From Balanoglossus misakiensis (Eukaryota; Animalia; Hemichordata): 64,000 nt of DNA. Position numbers and translations under genes: made by a program. Under the pieces are notes generated by a model, which was not told the DNA's origin, did no database searches, and saw only the letters and a list, made by a program, of their open reading frames with translations. This document shows, piece after piece, positions 50,801 to 64,000 of the stretch (its first letter is position 1; each line of letters starts with the position of its first letter). The stretch is from NCBI GenBank assembly GCA_040954595.2, contig CM082589.2:796690-860689 (forward strand), written 5' to 3'.

Positions 50801-51104
50801 TTGGCCAATCAGAAAAAAGTCATGCTAAATCACCTTTGGTCAGTCATAGCCTGACAATAATACGAATTTCATTTTCTTGTATATTTTCATTACAGAGAGC
50901 ATGCGAATGGCAAGAAATAACGGATACCAGCATATGATATGTTTCCATAGCAACCTGATTTGCCAAGAGCTGTCTGCTGAAGCTGGAATGCATATCATCG
51001 GAACGTCCTGTCGAATTCGAAACATCAAATATAAAGAAGAACGCCATTTTGAGAAGATATATCCACAAGACGCACAGATCATGGTGATGGTTAGGGACTT
51101 TTGA
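47830..51104 (+). CDS. Double-module Ebony-like protein: T(GGNS)-GNAT-linker-partial T-GNAT, no A domain (687 aa)
   Basis: Exons 47830-48049, 48396-49046, 49232-49438, 49544-49663, 50026-50682, 50896-51104 (2064 nt, all phase-1 junctions). First module has DDFFEIGGNSATSVAVVQSLIKSGY and LSFLLKSRQGGQIAGISINVDF. Second module starts ENLVQAVRQLRRSGL and ends ESMRMARNNGYQHMICFHSNLICQ. AATAAA at ~51127. Could instead be two genes (stop at 49455 if the 49439 donor is unused). Confidence 0.75.
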
Positions 51105-51757
51105 AAAGAGATATTACAACAACAAAAATAAAAGAAGTTGTCAACTTGGAAGCAAGGTCATGTTCGTGTATATCACTGAGGAGCTACTACTCATTAGAAA
51201 TGCCTGAATATTCGTAAATCATTTAAAATTTCTTACCGTTATTTAGACACACTCGTAACTATGTAAGTTAACTCGCCATTGCTACACTAGTCAATATGTC
51301 ACTTTCATATATTTATTTATTTACTTGAGTTCATTAATATTCACTTTTATACACATTTACTTGTATGAATGTCGACCAAGCCATTTGGCTAAATTTGTTA
51401 TGTATTTATTTATACCTATCTAGTATCGCTTTTGTTTATTAATAATGGCGTTTCAACCAAGACGAGAAGAACCTTGGAAGTGATTTTGTTTTCATCTCTC
51501 TTTGTACTTTTTGTTTCGTGTTTAAGTCTAATTCTGATTAAAAACAACTTTGTCCAAAGCAAACTGGCTGCGCTTGTCGCACTTATTTCACAACTAACTA
51601 TCTATTATGTGGAAAAAATTAAAACGCTCAACTGGGATGACATAAACGCTGGTAAGAAAAAACAGCAGGCTTATTTACTTTGGCCGTTGGTGGAGTTTTC
51701 ACCAAGACCCACAATCCCTTTCGACGTGAATCCATTTCATCATAGACTAAAAACAAA

Positions 51758-53296
51758 ATGGCGTCCATGCAGGTAAGTGACATTGTTGTCATAGGAATTT
51801 TTCCTGCAGATCTTTCTCTCAGGCGATGATCTGAGTGATTTCGACAAGGAAATCGTGGGTTAGTTCTAACCCAGTGGTCATAGAGTAGAAATTTCCCCGT
51901 GACGGCAAGTTGCGCCTCCATTGATGATAAACATCGTTTGCGTACAATACATGATGTACACAACACAAACTTCATAATGATGGGATATACATGTATTTGA
52001 CTCTTATTTTGTTATCCAGAGGCGACTGCAGAAAGAGCTGATGCATCTACAAAAAGACCCTCCTCCGGGAGTTACAGTAAATGTAGAAAGTACATCGTCA
52101 TCAATAAATCAGTAAGTTTCAGGCGAAGTGCATACCCTTTTCTCACTTCCCTAAAGTTAGGTGGCTTATATAGTTGGCAACCCTGTGTTTATTAAAGGGC
52201 TGTATGCCTTATGTAATGAACAAACTGTAAACAAGCCCAACACTTGCTTGATCGCATACGTGAACATTTGTGCGCCTGAACCATAACCTACACGTTGGAG
52301 GGGGGGGGGGATGCCCTGGGTAGTAAATGTCCAGGGGTAACGTCGCGCTACCAGCTAGTGTTCTATATTTAATTATAATGACAAATGTAAAACCAGTTTG
52401 CAAACAACTCTATAAATATAACTTTGATTGATTTGCAATGCACTTACCGTAACGGTAGATGTCCTTTTTTCATTTCAGGTGGCATGTTGATCTAGATGGG
52501 GCACCAGGTTCATTATACGAAGGCGAAAAATATCAATTAAGGTTTAAATTTGGTCCAAGGTATCCCTTTGATTCGCCAGAAGTAAGTACCTCTATCAAAA
52601 TTATGTGATAATTATCAGACCTTTGGAGGAAACAAATGTGATTATGATGAAGACTATGTTCAGTCAAAAGTGTCATGTGATGATATTAGAAGTAATTGTT
52701 TTGTAACATGACCAATGTGTAACACCAAACTTATATCTATTTTGTGATTTCAGGTTATATTTATAGGTAGCAACATTCCAGTTCATCCACACGTCTATAG
52801 CAATGGTCATATATGTCTATCAATACTTACAGAAGACTGGTCACCAGCGCTCTCCGTACAGTCTGTGTGCCTTAGTATAGTTAGTATGCTCAGTAGCTGT
52901 AAAGAAAAGGTAAGACTGAGTTACATTTACGACAAAACACATATACGCATGCACATTTTTGTGACAGTGTGAGCTCATGAACACACACACACCATGGCTC
53001 ATTCAATACTGTACACAGAACCTTCATCACAAAGCCCTAAGTAACTAAAACACTGTCATAAATTGAGTGCTCATTTTCCTCTTTCAGAAACGTCCTCCAG
53101 ATAATACATTTTATGTCAGAACCTGTAGTAAAAGTCCTAAGAAGACGAAATGGTGGTATCATGGTAAGGCATAGTCTTGTTGCTTATAAAAGAATATGTG
53201 GTAGAATTTCTGAGACAGTATCATATACCTCATAGCTTGTATGACTGTTTCTAATGTTGTATACTATGTTTATTCTTTGCAGATGACAAAGTATAG
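51758..53296 (+). CDS. UBE2W: Ubiquitin-conjugating enzyme E2 W (151 aa)
   Basis: Exons 51758-51772, 52020-52111, 52479-52581, 52754-52909, 53088-53163, 53283-53296 (456 nt). Reads [50 protein letters not shown] and KTKWWYHDD. Confidence 0.97.
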
Positions 53297-55001
53297 AGTA
53301 ATCTACAAATGTGACAGATATGCTCACACCACACACCATCAAGACTCCAAGAATCTTCAAAAGTACAGAATGCACAAAACTATATTCAAGAGCTTTTTCT
53401 ACGACGTTGGAACTGTACTGAGAGATGGGTGGATGCAAAGTGTACATTACGGGGGTTGTACCGTGTACGGAGTATGATTTTCCAGAAATAGCTATCACAG
53501 GATCATTTACAATATTATCACAAGCATACATGTACAAGAAAATGTCTGATGTTTGTCAGGGTCGAGAGATGACAAATGTACGCAAAGAATGATTGGTACC
53601 CTGGTGTCACAGCGCCATCTATGGTGGTGTCTATATTGATGGCTACATTTGTCTTTATTGAGGAAGAATTGTTTTTCTCAAACCCTTCTCATGTTTTCTC
53701 TAAAATGACTGTCGTTACAGGAGTACCTTCCAAAGTGTGAATAGACTTTTACTTTAGAGCATAAATTGATGTCAGTAGTGTTGATATTACACGTAAAATA
53801 CTGTGTAGTTTTCTTGTGTTTCAGCCATTTTAAGAAGGCACACTGCCATGTCTGTAATTATAACTCAAACACCTACAAACCGCAATTTCTGGTTAGGATG
53901 GTTTCGCTGTGATCATAATATGTATCATGCAAATCATATAAAGAACTCTGTACCACTGTTTGAAATCCAACTATTGTTTTATTATTTACAATAAAAGATT
54001 TTCCTTATTTGTGCTAAAAGAAGCGAAAACTGACCGTTTAGAGGTTTTCTATACAAGGCAGTATTCAAACTAATTCATGAACTCACAGCATTTTTGTTTG
54101 AAAGAAGTTCATTACTTTTTTCAACTTATTCAGTTTTAAGTCAATACATATGATATTGAATTTTGGCATTTTGCAGAGTATTTGAAACTAGTATGAATCT
54201 GATTGTTTTATTATGTGCTAGACAATAGCATCAAATGTATTAAAGAAAATTATTTTATATCAGTTTGTAGCTTTGCAACATTTCTACAACACTCAATCAT
54301 GTAAATATAGCATTTGTTGAGTGTGGACTTCGTGTGAAATTTAATTATCATTTGTGACTTTGTGATATCTGTTGTTTTTTTTTCTCACTTTTTTTGTCAT
54401 TTTCAAAGCAGCGATGGAGATTTTTAAAGAATCCAGTAACTGAAATAAATGTCAAATTTTACTCAATGACTTGCCCTGGTTATGATTTCTGTACATTACA
54501 TTATAATCCTTCAGTTAAGCTCCACCCATGATTAGGCACCAGACAGATCTGACTTCCTTACATTTGACCCTTTGGATAAGCACCAGAAAAAGACTAGAAA
54601 GTCTTGACAAAATCTGCCAAGAACAGAACAAGAGCTCTGCATGGAGAGTGCTACACATGCTCACCCTTTTGACCATATATGGGAATATGTAAATTAGAGG
54701 TGATTCCATCCCTTTAAATAATGGTAGAACACTTTCTTGCATAATGTATAAGTTAACATCAACACACAAATTAAGATTTTTGTCAAAATGGAAAATGATT
54801 TATTCATCATCATCATCAGAAATATTAACAGCAGATTAATGTACACTTCCAAGTAAGATAAATTACATTAGATAGTGAAGATCTTTTAATTACAACACAG
54901 TTTTTTTCTATCTTTTTATGTTGCTGCAATGACACACACAATGTTTTTTGTATTTTTGTATTCCTTGGACTATACAGTCTGAGAAGGGAATTATATATTA
55001 A

Positions 55002-55195
55002 GGTAGTATGCATCTTAGGGACAGAGTTAACATAGATTGGGGCCGTCTAAATTTCAAATCTTGCTCTGTCGTTCAAAATTTTGCATGGTGACCCCCAATT
55101 TTTTATCCTTTATTTTTAAGAGAGAATAATCTAAAGTTGTCTTGAGTTAAATATGGGGAAAAGTTTAAGACTTGATTTGCGAGGTGCATACTACC
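55002..55195. mobile_element. Non-autonomous DNA transposon (MITE) with TTAA target-site duplication
   Basis: ttaa|GGTAGTATGCATCT ... AGGTGCATACTACC|ttaa: 14-bp terminal inverted repeat with 1 mismatch, TTAA on both sides, no ORF. Confidence 0.7.
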
Positions 55196-57535
55196 TTAAT
55201 AAGAAACTAAACTGATTAGTCAGCTGGTGCAGTGTAAATTTTTTATCTCAGAACTTTCTGAAGAAGCTACAGACACAGCACCTGTAATTGTCGTCAAAGA
55301 TATGATTTTTTTGTCAACAATAATCAACACATGACCTCAACGATGTAAATAATACATTTCTGACATAAAATAAGTCTGAAAAAATGCAAACAACGTAATA
55401 ACAAACAAACTTACATTAAATGCAAAGATACTAACAACTGACCTTTGACCGTATAGAACTACGAATAATTTTATGTTTGACAATAAATGAGAGCGCAATT
55501 AAAGTTTGTACAAAATCCAAGACCAAGGAAGGTAGTTTTAATATAAAATTCTGGAAAAAAATGAAAAAATTTATAAACGAGGTATAAGTTTTTTGGTTTG
55601 AAATGAAATGTAAATTGCCAGTGCCAATCTGGCTAACAAATAAATATATTATCACCGGAATTGACGTTTCTTCGGAAAATTCATTTTCACATACAAGTAC
55701 AAAATAAACAAAAGACTGCACTGTGCGTAAGAAGTTCTGTTCAAAATCACAGATACAGAAAAAAAATGGATTCATCTGAAAACACCATTTGGACATATTG
55801 CACTCTTTAGCACAAACAAGAATACACATATGTCATCTTTTGCCGAGAGCAACAAAACTGGTTTCCATACCAACAAGCACCAACAAACATTGCATTACCA
55901 AAGCAGCAATAACCGGTTATTATTGTAATTTTTAGTTTAAAAAAGGATTAGTAATACACCTACTAGGTTCTTTACAACTAGTGAATAGTAACAATAAATT
56001 AGACACTCAAAATTATGATATTATAACAATTACAAAATTAAAAAAAGGAAATGCATATGGACAAAAGGTGAACGAGATAGAGATGTGGTAATTCAGAAAA
56101 AGACAGAATTTTCTTGAAACCTTTATGCTTTTAAATTTTTACATCTTTAAAAGTACGTTTTCTATTGCTTAGAAGTATATTATACTTGTATAATTGTAGT
56201 TTGAATTAGATTAATAGTTAGAAGTTTACAGTTTATGAAGTTTGAAATTTCGAAGTTGGAATACACTAGCTATATACAGGAAATGCTATGAATATGTGAG
56301 ATATACTGTTAGCTATCTTCCCTATTTGACAATGGAATAATCTATTAAAAGCTAAAGTGAGATTTCTGGCAACTGCGGAGGTGTCCGACATTTTTTTGCT
56401 GGGTTATAAGATTTGTTGGAGAGGATACACTCTTTTCAACAGGGCAAATTTGGTAATATGACATTTTTGTGGTTTGAGCATTACAAAATAATTAAACAAT
56501 TAATTAATTTTATCAAATTCTAGGTTCTAAATTATTTTACAACAGGTACCCTAGCATTCTGTACCTTTCCTTTTTGCTGGAATATGGTATCAACAAATAT
56601 TTAATGGTATTGATGAAGTATACATTTTTCATTTCTAGATTCACTACAACTTGAATTTTTCAAATTCAAATTATTGTCTATACATTCAATGAATTTGCAT
56701 AAGTTTTCATCAAATCTGAGATTAATACGCCAATCTGAAAATACTACAGATTTCAATTTCAAGAAAAAATGACTAAACTTGAATACAGGGGCAATGTGTT
56801 ATCAAAAATATATTTTGAACTTGATGATGTTAATATGCCTAATGAAATGCATACAGAAACAGGATATACTGAGGTTTTTACATTCAACAGAATGGTGTTC
56901 AGCACTGTGATAAATAATTCCAAAATATATTTGGGGTGACAGGATTATTTAAGTTTACACAATACATAAAAGGTGAACTAAATTATACACAATATTTTTA
57001 TGTCCTAAAGCCTTCAACATGAGAATTGGCTTTGCCATAGGACCCAATCAAGCTGCAATATGATTCACACAGATATCCAACATGAACAGCCAGGTACATT
57101 TCAAGATGGCCGCCTCATCAAACCTGCTGGGTCAATTTTCATTTTGAAAACTACAATAAACTGCATCGGTCATAAATTTAATCTACAATGCAATCGATGG
57201 CTTCATTTATTTTGCCAATTATCATTAGTCATTAGTTCATTTGTTGCACTGCAATACTCACTCAATCAATCAGGTATTCATAATTTTTCTAACTTGAAAT
57301 AAAACTGAGTCATATTAATTTAATATTTAGTATTTTACTTCAACATTTGATTACCTATTCATTTGCTTTCACTGCAATATGCAGGATTTTCAACTATAGA
57401 ACCCTGCAAGGGAGTAAACATTTAATTCCTGTCAGAAAATGCATATATAGATGATATCCTCTCAAAAGAAAGGGGAGAGATTTGTGTTGAAGATGAACTT
57501 GTAACGCGTTTCTCCATTTTGAATAAAAGGACACA

Positions 57536-57592
57536 ACTGATTTGATTTGATTTGATTTGATTTGATTTGATTTGATTTGATTTGATTTGATT
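57536..57592. repeat. (TTTGA)n microsatellite
   Basis: About 10-11 perfect tttga units just 3' of the Kv2 stop codon. Confidence 0.92.
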
Positions 57593-57803
57593 CAAAAAGT
57601 GCACACAATACATATCTATAAATCTAGCAAGCGGTGCAAACTTCTGCATTTGAATTCAAGCCTAGAATTTTAAGTAATCAGAAATCTAAAGTTGAAGATA
57701 TCTACACTATATATGGCAAATGTCACACTAAACTGGAAATAATTTGATCTATTGTTTAATCTAGACAGAAAGTTACATGATTACTCTTTCAGAGATCCAC
57801 ATA

Positions 57804-60023
57804 TCAACAGAGAGAATCCGACTGATTCGTTTGTGGCTGGGGATCTGTGGTGTCCCTTGGTTCTGTTACAGTAAGATCATCACCATTTTGGGCCAAAGTG
57901 GCCTCTTTCATATTATTGAGTTCAATCTCATCCCTTGGTGTCTCCGCATTCGTGTCCTCGTCTGGTTCTGGCTCTTTGCTCGGTGATTCTATAAATTTGA
58001 CCGGTTGGGCTTGTGGGTTTGAAGCTGTCTTTGGACTTGTGGCTTTTAAAGGTTCTTGGTTTGTGCTATCTTGTTCTGGAGTTGTAAATTCTTCCTTACC
58101 CTGCTTGTCTTCTGTATCTATGCTGTCTTTCTTTTGTTTTTTCAATCCTTTGTCTCTCTTGGACGTCGGACTCTGCGTTTCAGACGCACTGTCACTAGAC
58201 TGGGAATCTTTTCGTCTCCCTGGTTGGTCTTTAGAGCGAAAGTTTGCAAATCTCTTAACTGCAGCAAGACTGGTGCTTGCTCCTAAGATTGCCGGCAGTT
58301 TGGGTCTCTTGAATCTGCCTTTCAGAAGAGGTTTCTTGACTATTTTTTGTGGCGTTTTGCCTCCATCAGAATCTGTCGATGAAACGCTCAGTTGATCGTC
58401 CTCCACTGGTTTTGTTTCTTCCTCTCCGATGAGAGGATCAAATTCTGCTTCATCTGCAGGGTCGTCCGCATTTTGTCCTTTCTCTTGTGGCGGCGCTCGT
58501 TTCCATTTAGTCGTAAATCCATCGTCTAGTTGCTGTACAATAATATCGTCTTCTTTTCTCTGACCGTTGGGTCCGTTTGTCATTGGAGGGACGTTCTCTC
58601 CATCAGCGGCTGGGTCATCTTCATTCAGTTGTGTTTCCCCGGCAACAGACGAGTTGTGAGGAACTTCATCCTCATCTGTGATTGTAATGTCTGGAGCATC
58701 CACCACTGAACTTGTGGGTTTTTTCTTGGGTTCCTTAAAACCTGCCTCTAATCCACAACTTGCATAGCTGTCAACACTTTTGTGACTTTGAGAATCATCT
58801 CCGGAAAGTGTGCGAGTACGTCCTGCTTGTTTTGCCTGGCCATCTTTGTCTCGTCTGCCAAGACCCGAATGAGTGGCCAATACACCCATTCGACCGATTG
58901 CATGGTGTGTTTTGGGGAGTTCAACTTGATCAAGCGAGTCGAGAAAGACCTCTGATGATAAACTGTTTGTGCTCTGTCGTGTATGGTCTACATACGGTGC
59001 AGATGCGCAGCGATCTCGATGACAGTTTTGAGTGCCCAGACGTTCAGACGATCGGTAGTGTGGGCCACAATCGGTCGGTAGACTGTGGATCCGATTTGCA
59101 TCAGTGTGAGGATTCTCCAAAGATATTGAAGGATTGCTGCCGTGATTCAAAGACAGATTTGACAAACTGTGTCTGTGTACATTCGGCGATTGATTGTTTT
59201 TATCCACCAAAACATCAATCATCTCCAAGCAAGCATCTCGTACATTCATGCTTATTAAACTTCCCTCTTGTTTGGCTTTCTCCAGAAGTTCTCGTCGCTT
59301 CATTGCTTTTTCGTGTCGTTTCTGCTCCCGATAATACTCAGAGAAGTTGTTAACGATGATAGGAATTGGCAGGGCTATCACCAGCACACCGCAAATACAA
59401 CAAACAGCACCAATAAGTTTTCCCAGTAAAGTTTCTGGATAAATATCGCCATAGCCAACTGTCGTCATGGTGATGGCTGCCCACCAGAACGCAACAGGTA
59501 TACTAACAAAGAGAGTATTCGGATCGTCTTTCTCAGCGAAATATGCTAAACTAGAGAATAACATCACTCCTATGGCTATAAACAGTGTCAGTAGACCAAG
59601 CTCTTTGTAACTCCTTTTTAAGGTGTACCCAAGTGCTTGAAGCCCCGTTGAATGTCTTGCAAGTTTTAAAATCCGAAGAATTCTCATGATCCTGAATATC
59701 TGTACCACACGGCGCACATTTTGAAACTGCATATAACTTTCGTTGGATTCCGTCAGGAACAGTGTCACATAGAAAGGTAATATTGCTATGAGGTCTATGA
59801 CGTTGAGAGGAGCTTTGAAAAATTTCCATTTGTTGGGAGCGGATATCAGTCGTAGCACATACTCCAATGTAAACCAGGCTATACAGACCATCTCTACAAG
59901 TTTGAGATCTGCATTATCACCTGGTTGTCCAAATTTATCCTGTTCTTGAAGAGACGGTAAAGTGTTCAGAGATAATGCTATGGTAGACAGTACGATAAAC
60001 AGAATTGAGAGGATCGCTACCAC
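57804..60023 (-). CDS. KCNB1: Voltage-gated K+ channel Kv2/Shab (KCNB-like), last coding exon (S1-S6 and C-terminus); T1-domain exon lies outside the window
   Basis: Acceptor tctgtcttttcag|GTG at 60023. S4 [31 protein letters not shown], pore [12 protein letters not shown] and S6 [16 protein letters not shown] are diagnostic of Kv2. The symbol denotes the family; probably co-orthologous to KCNB1/KCNB2. Confidence 0.95.
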   Translation of the reverse strand: MVAILSILFIVLSTIALSLNTLPSLQEQDKFGQPGDNADLKLVEMVCIAWFTLEYVLRLISAPNKWKFFKAPLNVIDLIAILPFYVTLFLTESNESYMQFQNVRRVVQIFRIMRILRILKLARHSTGLQALGYTLKRSYKELGLLTLFIAIGVMLFSSLAYFAEKDDPNTLFVSIPVAFWWAAITMTTVGYGDIYPETLLGKLIGAVCCICGVLVIALPIPIIVNNFSEYYREQKRHEKAMKRRELLEKAKQEGSLISMNVRDACLEMIDVLVDKNNQSPNVHRHSLSNLSLNHGSNPSISLENPHTDANRIHSLPTDCGPHYRSSERLGTQNCHRDRCASAPYVDHTRQSTNSLSSEVFLDSLDQVELPKTHHAIGRMGVLATHSGLGRRDKDGQAKQAGRTRTLSGDDSQSHKSVDSYASCGLEAGFKEPKKKPTSSVVDAPDITITDEDEVPHNSSVAGETQLNEDDPAADGENVPPMTNGPNGQRKEDDIIVQQLDDGFTTKWKRAPPQEKGQNADDPADEAEFDPLIGEEETKPVEDDQLSVSSTDSDGGKTPQKIVKKPLLKGRFKRPKLPAILGASTSLAAVKRFANFRSKDQPGRRKDSQSSDSASETQSPTSKRDKGLKKQKKDSIDTEDKQGKEEFTTPEQDSTNQEPLKATSPKTASNPQAQPVKFIESPSKEPEPDEDTNAETPRDEIELNNMKEATLAQNGDDLTVTEPRDTTDPQPQTNQSDSLC

Positions 60024-63000
60024 CTGAAAAAGACAGAAACGAAACAATGTTAAGTCAGGATAATTACGAACAATTTATGTTCACTGCTCGAACACTACTG
60101 CGCCCTCTGTAGCTGACTTTTCATGCTTCCGCACAATCGAGGGTCTGATTATGTATAGCATGCTTAACAATATGTAAATTAATAATGTATCTCTATTATC
60201 AGCAGATTTCCATGTTAAAATCACGTATAAATTAAACAGTTTTACTAAAATAAAATCAAAATTATCATTAACAGAATCAAGTATTATGTTAAAACGGTAA
60301 CCATACACCGTATATTCCATGAATATTTTTAAAATGAAACTGAGAAAAATCAGCTAGCTGTATAGTGGTTACCATGGTATTAGGTATCAGTGAGATAGAA
60401 TCACGAAGTCGTGATGTTAATATTTTGTGTTTCTGATCTCATTAAAAATTTATTATAGCTGCATTTGAATATTCACAAAGCCACTGATTCTCATTTTACA
60501 AGATTAGGAACAACGAAACGACATCCCAGAATGGGCACAGATCAGCTGAAATAACAGCCAATGAACAGACCAGATGAAATGATTGATCAGAACAGATCAA
60601 ACAGAAATGATACAAAATGAATCTAGCCTAATGAAATGATCACAGGAAATAATAAGCAATGAATAGATCGATATTGAAACGATAGATCAAATGAAATGAT
60701 CCCCAGGGAATATATATACTGTATAGCTCAGCTGCAATGACGATAGTCTTGCTCATAAATGGACAATTTATCTGAGACTTGACAGTTACAAGGTCATGAC
60801 TAAAGTGACCCTCTTTGTATCCACAACTATACACACATGAAGTCAGCATCTGAGTCAGATGCTACCAGATGCTGTTGTGATGAAACTATGAGTAGTGAAT
60901 GTAGATTTTCAAAACATACATTTCTTTGACCCTGTATGAGTGTTCAAAAATTACTTCCATTCACAAATTGTAATGTTTCACACAAAATCCTGCAGGGTAC
61001 AAGGAAGATGCAAGCCAGTTTACAAAAAAATGAAATCAATACCTATCTCTGTATTTATTTTTCAAATGAAGAAAAAAAAACCTTCACAGGACACCATTAC
61101 AGGGTTACTTTGAAATTCAGTCTTTTTTTCTGTCTCTGGGGTAGGTGCAAGCATTTACATTAATGATGAAATGGCAAAGAAATTACCTACATCACCATTA
61201 CCATGGTAATGGTTACCATGGCAACAGAGGATTATTTGCATCATCACTGACCTGTTTCTTTTTTTACAGATCTTGGGAGTAAGACATCTCAAGGAAACGT
61301 GATACTGTTATCTTGAAATCACAGTTCTAGCTTACAGAGTGAAAGGCAGATAGTGATTCATCTTCAAGACGTCTTAAAATTATCATCCTGATCACAAGCT
61401 CACTAAAAATACCGTACTGCTTTTAACTGACAAATTACTAGAAAACTAGAACTGTAATTCCCCTCCTTTTGACCTTGGAATCAACGGTCGCATGAGATAC
61501 ACTTTTTATTAAATATCTGTACAATTTCCATTCCTTTGCTTTGCTTCACAGCACATAATTCACCTCCAGAATAGTGATTTGAAATATTAAAATTATCACA
61601 CTGAGCTCATGAACTGATATTATGAGAGATTTCAATAGAAAAAGACAAGAATTAATGATGGAAAGCATTGAAATATATTTTTCAGCTTTGCTTTTTTATT
61701 ATCTGTTTGATGGCATTTTATGAGCTATGCAATCCATCAAGCTTCTTCAACATAAGACCAATCATAGAATATCAAAACAGCTGTCAATTATCTTTGTTCA
61801 ATCTCTATTTGTCCACAAAATATTTACATATCACTCACTTTTTCATTATGCTAAAAATATCAATTACACAGGTTGTGTGTGCTTAGAGTGAAGTGATTTG
61901 CGGCGCTGAAAATACATCATGCCTGTTTTGAGTTTCTAGATTTGAGTTCTAGGTAATATTGACAGATTTGGTACAAGCTGTAAATTTGTGCAGAATTTGA
62001 ATGACAGATTTAGGAACTACAATGATTCAGAAAATTAAGAGTACAGGGATGTGACCTCGTTTAAGGCCATCAAAATCATTTACTGCAGTTGTTTACGGTA
62101 TGGTTGCTATGACAATCCCCAAGACCGCACAAACATCATGGAATTTAATTTATCTGAGAGCAGTTCACTTGATTAGCTCTCTTCCTATTGCATGCCCATG
62201 GTCCAATTGCACAGACTTGTCTGGTTGACACACTTCTACACAGTGAAGGACAAAAACATGACAGTTCCTTCTGTTGGAACAAATATGGGAGGTCAGTGTA
62301 ACATTGAATGATACCTTCCAAGGAAGTACCAGGCAGAAAGATGTAGTTACTATGGTGTATGCAAATCTGTGTGGTCATTCAAACTGCACTGATCAAATTG
62401 CACAGCAATGGGTGGACAACTTTTCACCCACAATGCAATTTCACATCCTGAGAGCTGATTGTTCTGTCTTCAGTAAACATTCAATGCACAAGTATCATCC
62501 TTTGTTCTAATTTATTTGATCTGACAAATCATTCATTTGTGAAAACTGTAAACAAATCAGGCTTTTAAGGCAGTCTGTATCTGACTACATTTTTCTTTCA
62601 AATGTAGAATGAGACATCTTTTTGCCCTGCAGACTTCAAGTGCTGTTAATTTATCAGTCTTTTTCAGCATGTCAGATGCAATACTAGTTTAACTCTGATC
62701 TTTCCATTCAGCTGGAACTCTCTATTTGAACTATTGCTCTCTCCTCACTGATGGTTATCAACATATTGCATTTAAACTTTTAAGACAACTATCTCGTCAG
62801 AGAGGGTGGCTGTGATCTGAATGTCTGAATGTCAAATATTTGCTTGTTTCAAATGTGACTATACATTCCTCCAGTTACAGGAATTAACCTTTTAAAACAC
62901 TGATTCACACAGCCACTCTTTGCTATCATCTTATATGCTTCATCTTTTCAAGGCTTTTAATAGTGATGTTCTGTTGTAAAACCAAGCTGAAGCTTTCACT

Positions 63001-64000
63001 TATTTGTCTATGACAGACCTGAGTTTAACCATTTCATAAAAAGGGGGTTAAAACAGCGCTTGAGAGATAATGACAGTTCTTCCCTCAAGGCAAACACATA
63101 GTTTGTAGTCACATATTTCAAAGATCCTGGCTGAGATGCCCTGTCGATACATAATGACACTGCCCATGAAGTAAAATTTTATACAACTATTATAATTAAG
63201 TTCTATAAATAAGTCAACACATGGGAGACATGCTGACTCGAAGTGCAGTGAATCAAAATGAATTGTGGGATATATCTCAGGTACCTTGATGTATGTCATA
63301 GAAACCTGACCTAGACACCTGACCTAGGTATAAATCTTTCCCATCATCTAACGTTCATGATGCCATCAGTCTTCGAGGTATATGAATTAATATTCTTCTA
63401 CATTTGAAGGGTTAATGCTGCCTTGTTGCTAATAATATTCAGCAAGTAATGTATTTGTGATGATTGAACAGCTTGGAGACTCAGTGAAGGCCAGCATATA
63501 TTACGTGGGAGGAATAAGGAAATGATATTTATCACTGAGCAAAAGTAGATTTGACATCAAAGAGTTCTCTAGATCATAAATCAGTATTTCCTCAGGCTCT
63601 GGGCTGGTAATGTTATGTGGTCTCTACTTACAGGTCTTGTTAATTAAAGGCATATAGTCGCTCGCATGTATCTATTTATGTGGAGATGATCTGTCTTTTT
63701 ATGTTCAGTAAAACCTATCTAAACCTAGCAATATTGTGTCCCACTCTCAGTCTCAGTGACAACAGTCACATGCCCAGCTTGATGGAAGCTTCACAGAAAT
63801 CACTTCTAATGCAATACATCATAAAAGCCACACTTTAATGTGCTAAACAGACATTACTTTAAACAATTACAGAGTTTATGACATATTATTGGCTCTAAGC
63901 TTGCATTTATTGTATGTTGTGCCGCTAAAATACAAACTGAAATTACATTTCCAGTTTGTAAAATTGCAGACAGCAAAAGTCGATTTCCATATGACCTTCT

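Noticed and set aside
57847-59353. Plus-strand ORFs of 182 and 197 aa (and similar antisense ORFs over 22742-23606 and 39002-41523)
   Set aside because: Antisense shadows of well-supported coding exons.

Overview
Intron-rich animal (invertebrate-like) genomic DNA. Bases 1-~10,250 are an 87-bp satellite array in layers: ~97 copies of variant A, ~16 of variant B, two more A copies, then two eroded monomers. The long 29-aa-repeat ORFs there are artefacts. Spliced genes were rebuilt by hand from GT-AG junctions with consistent phases. They are a RIM-family C2-domain gene (+), ERICH1-like (-), ANKRD66-like with two alternative last exons (-), ENOSF1 (-, 14 exons), a ~990-aa acidic disordered protein ending in a CaaX box (+), UBE2W (+) and the last coding exon of a Kv2/Shab channel (-). 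The most interesting element is at 44.0-51.1 kb: two tandem genes built from three Ebony-like modules (peptidyl-carrier T domain + AANAT/GNAT-fold C-terminal domain) with no adenylation domain. Only one module keeps the phosphopantetheine serine (GGNS); one has GGNL and one has lost the motif. This suggests a split, diversified Ebony-type NRPS system. All homology calls come from recalled motifs, not database searches.
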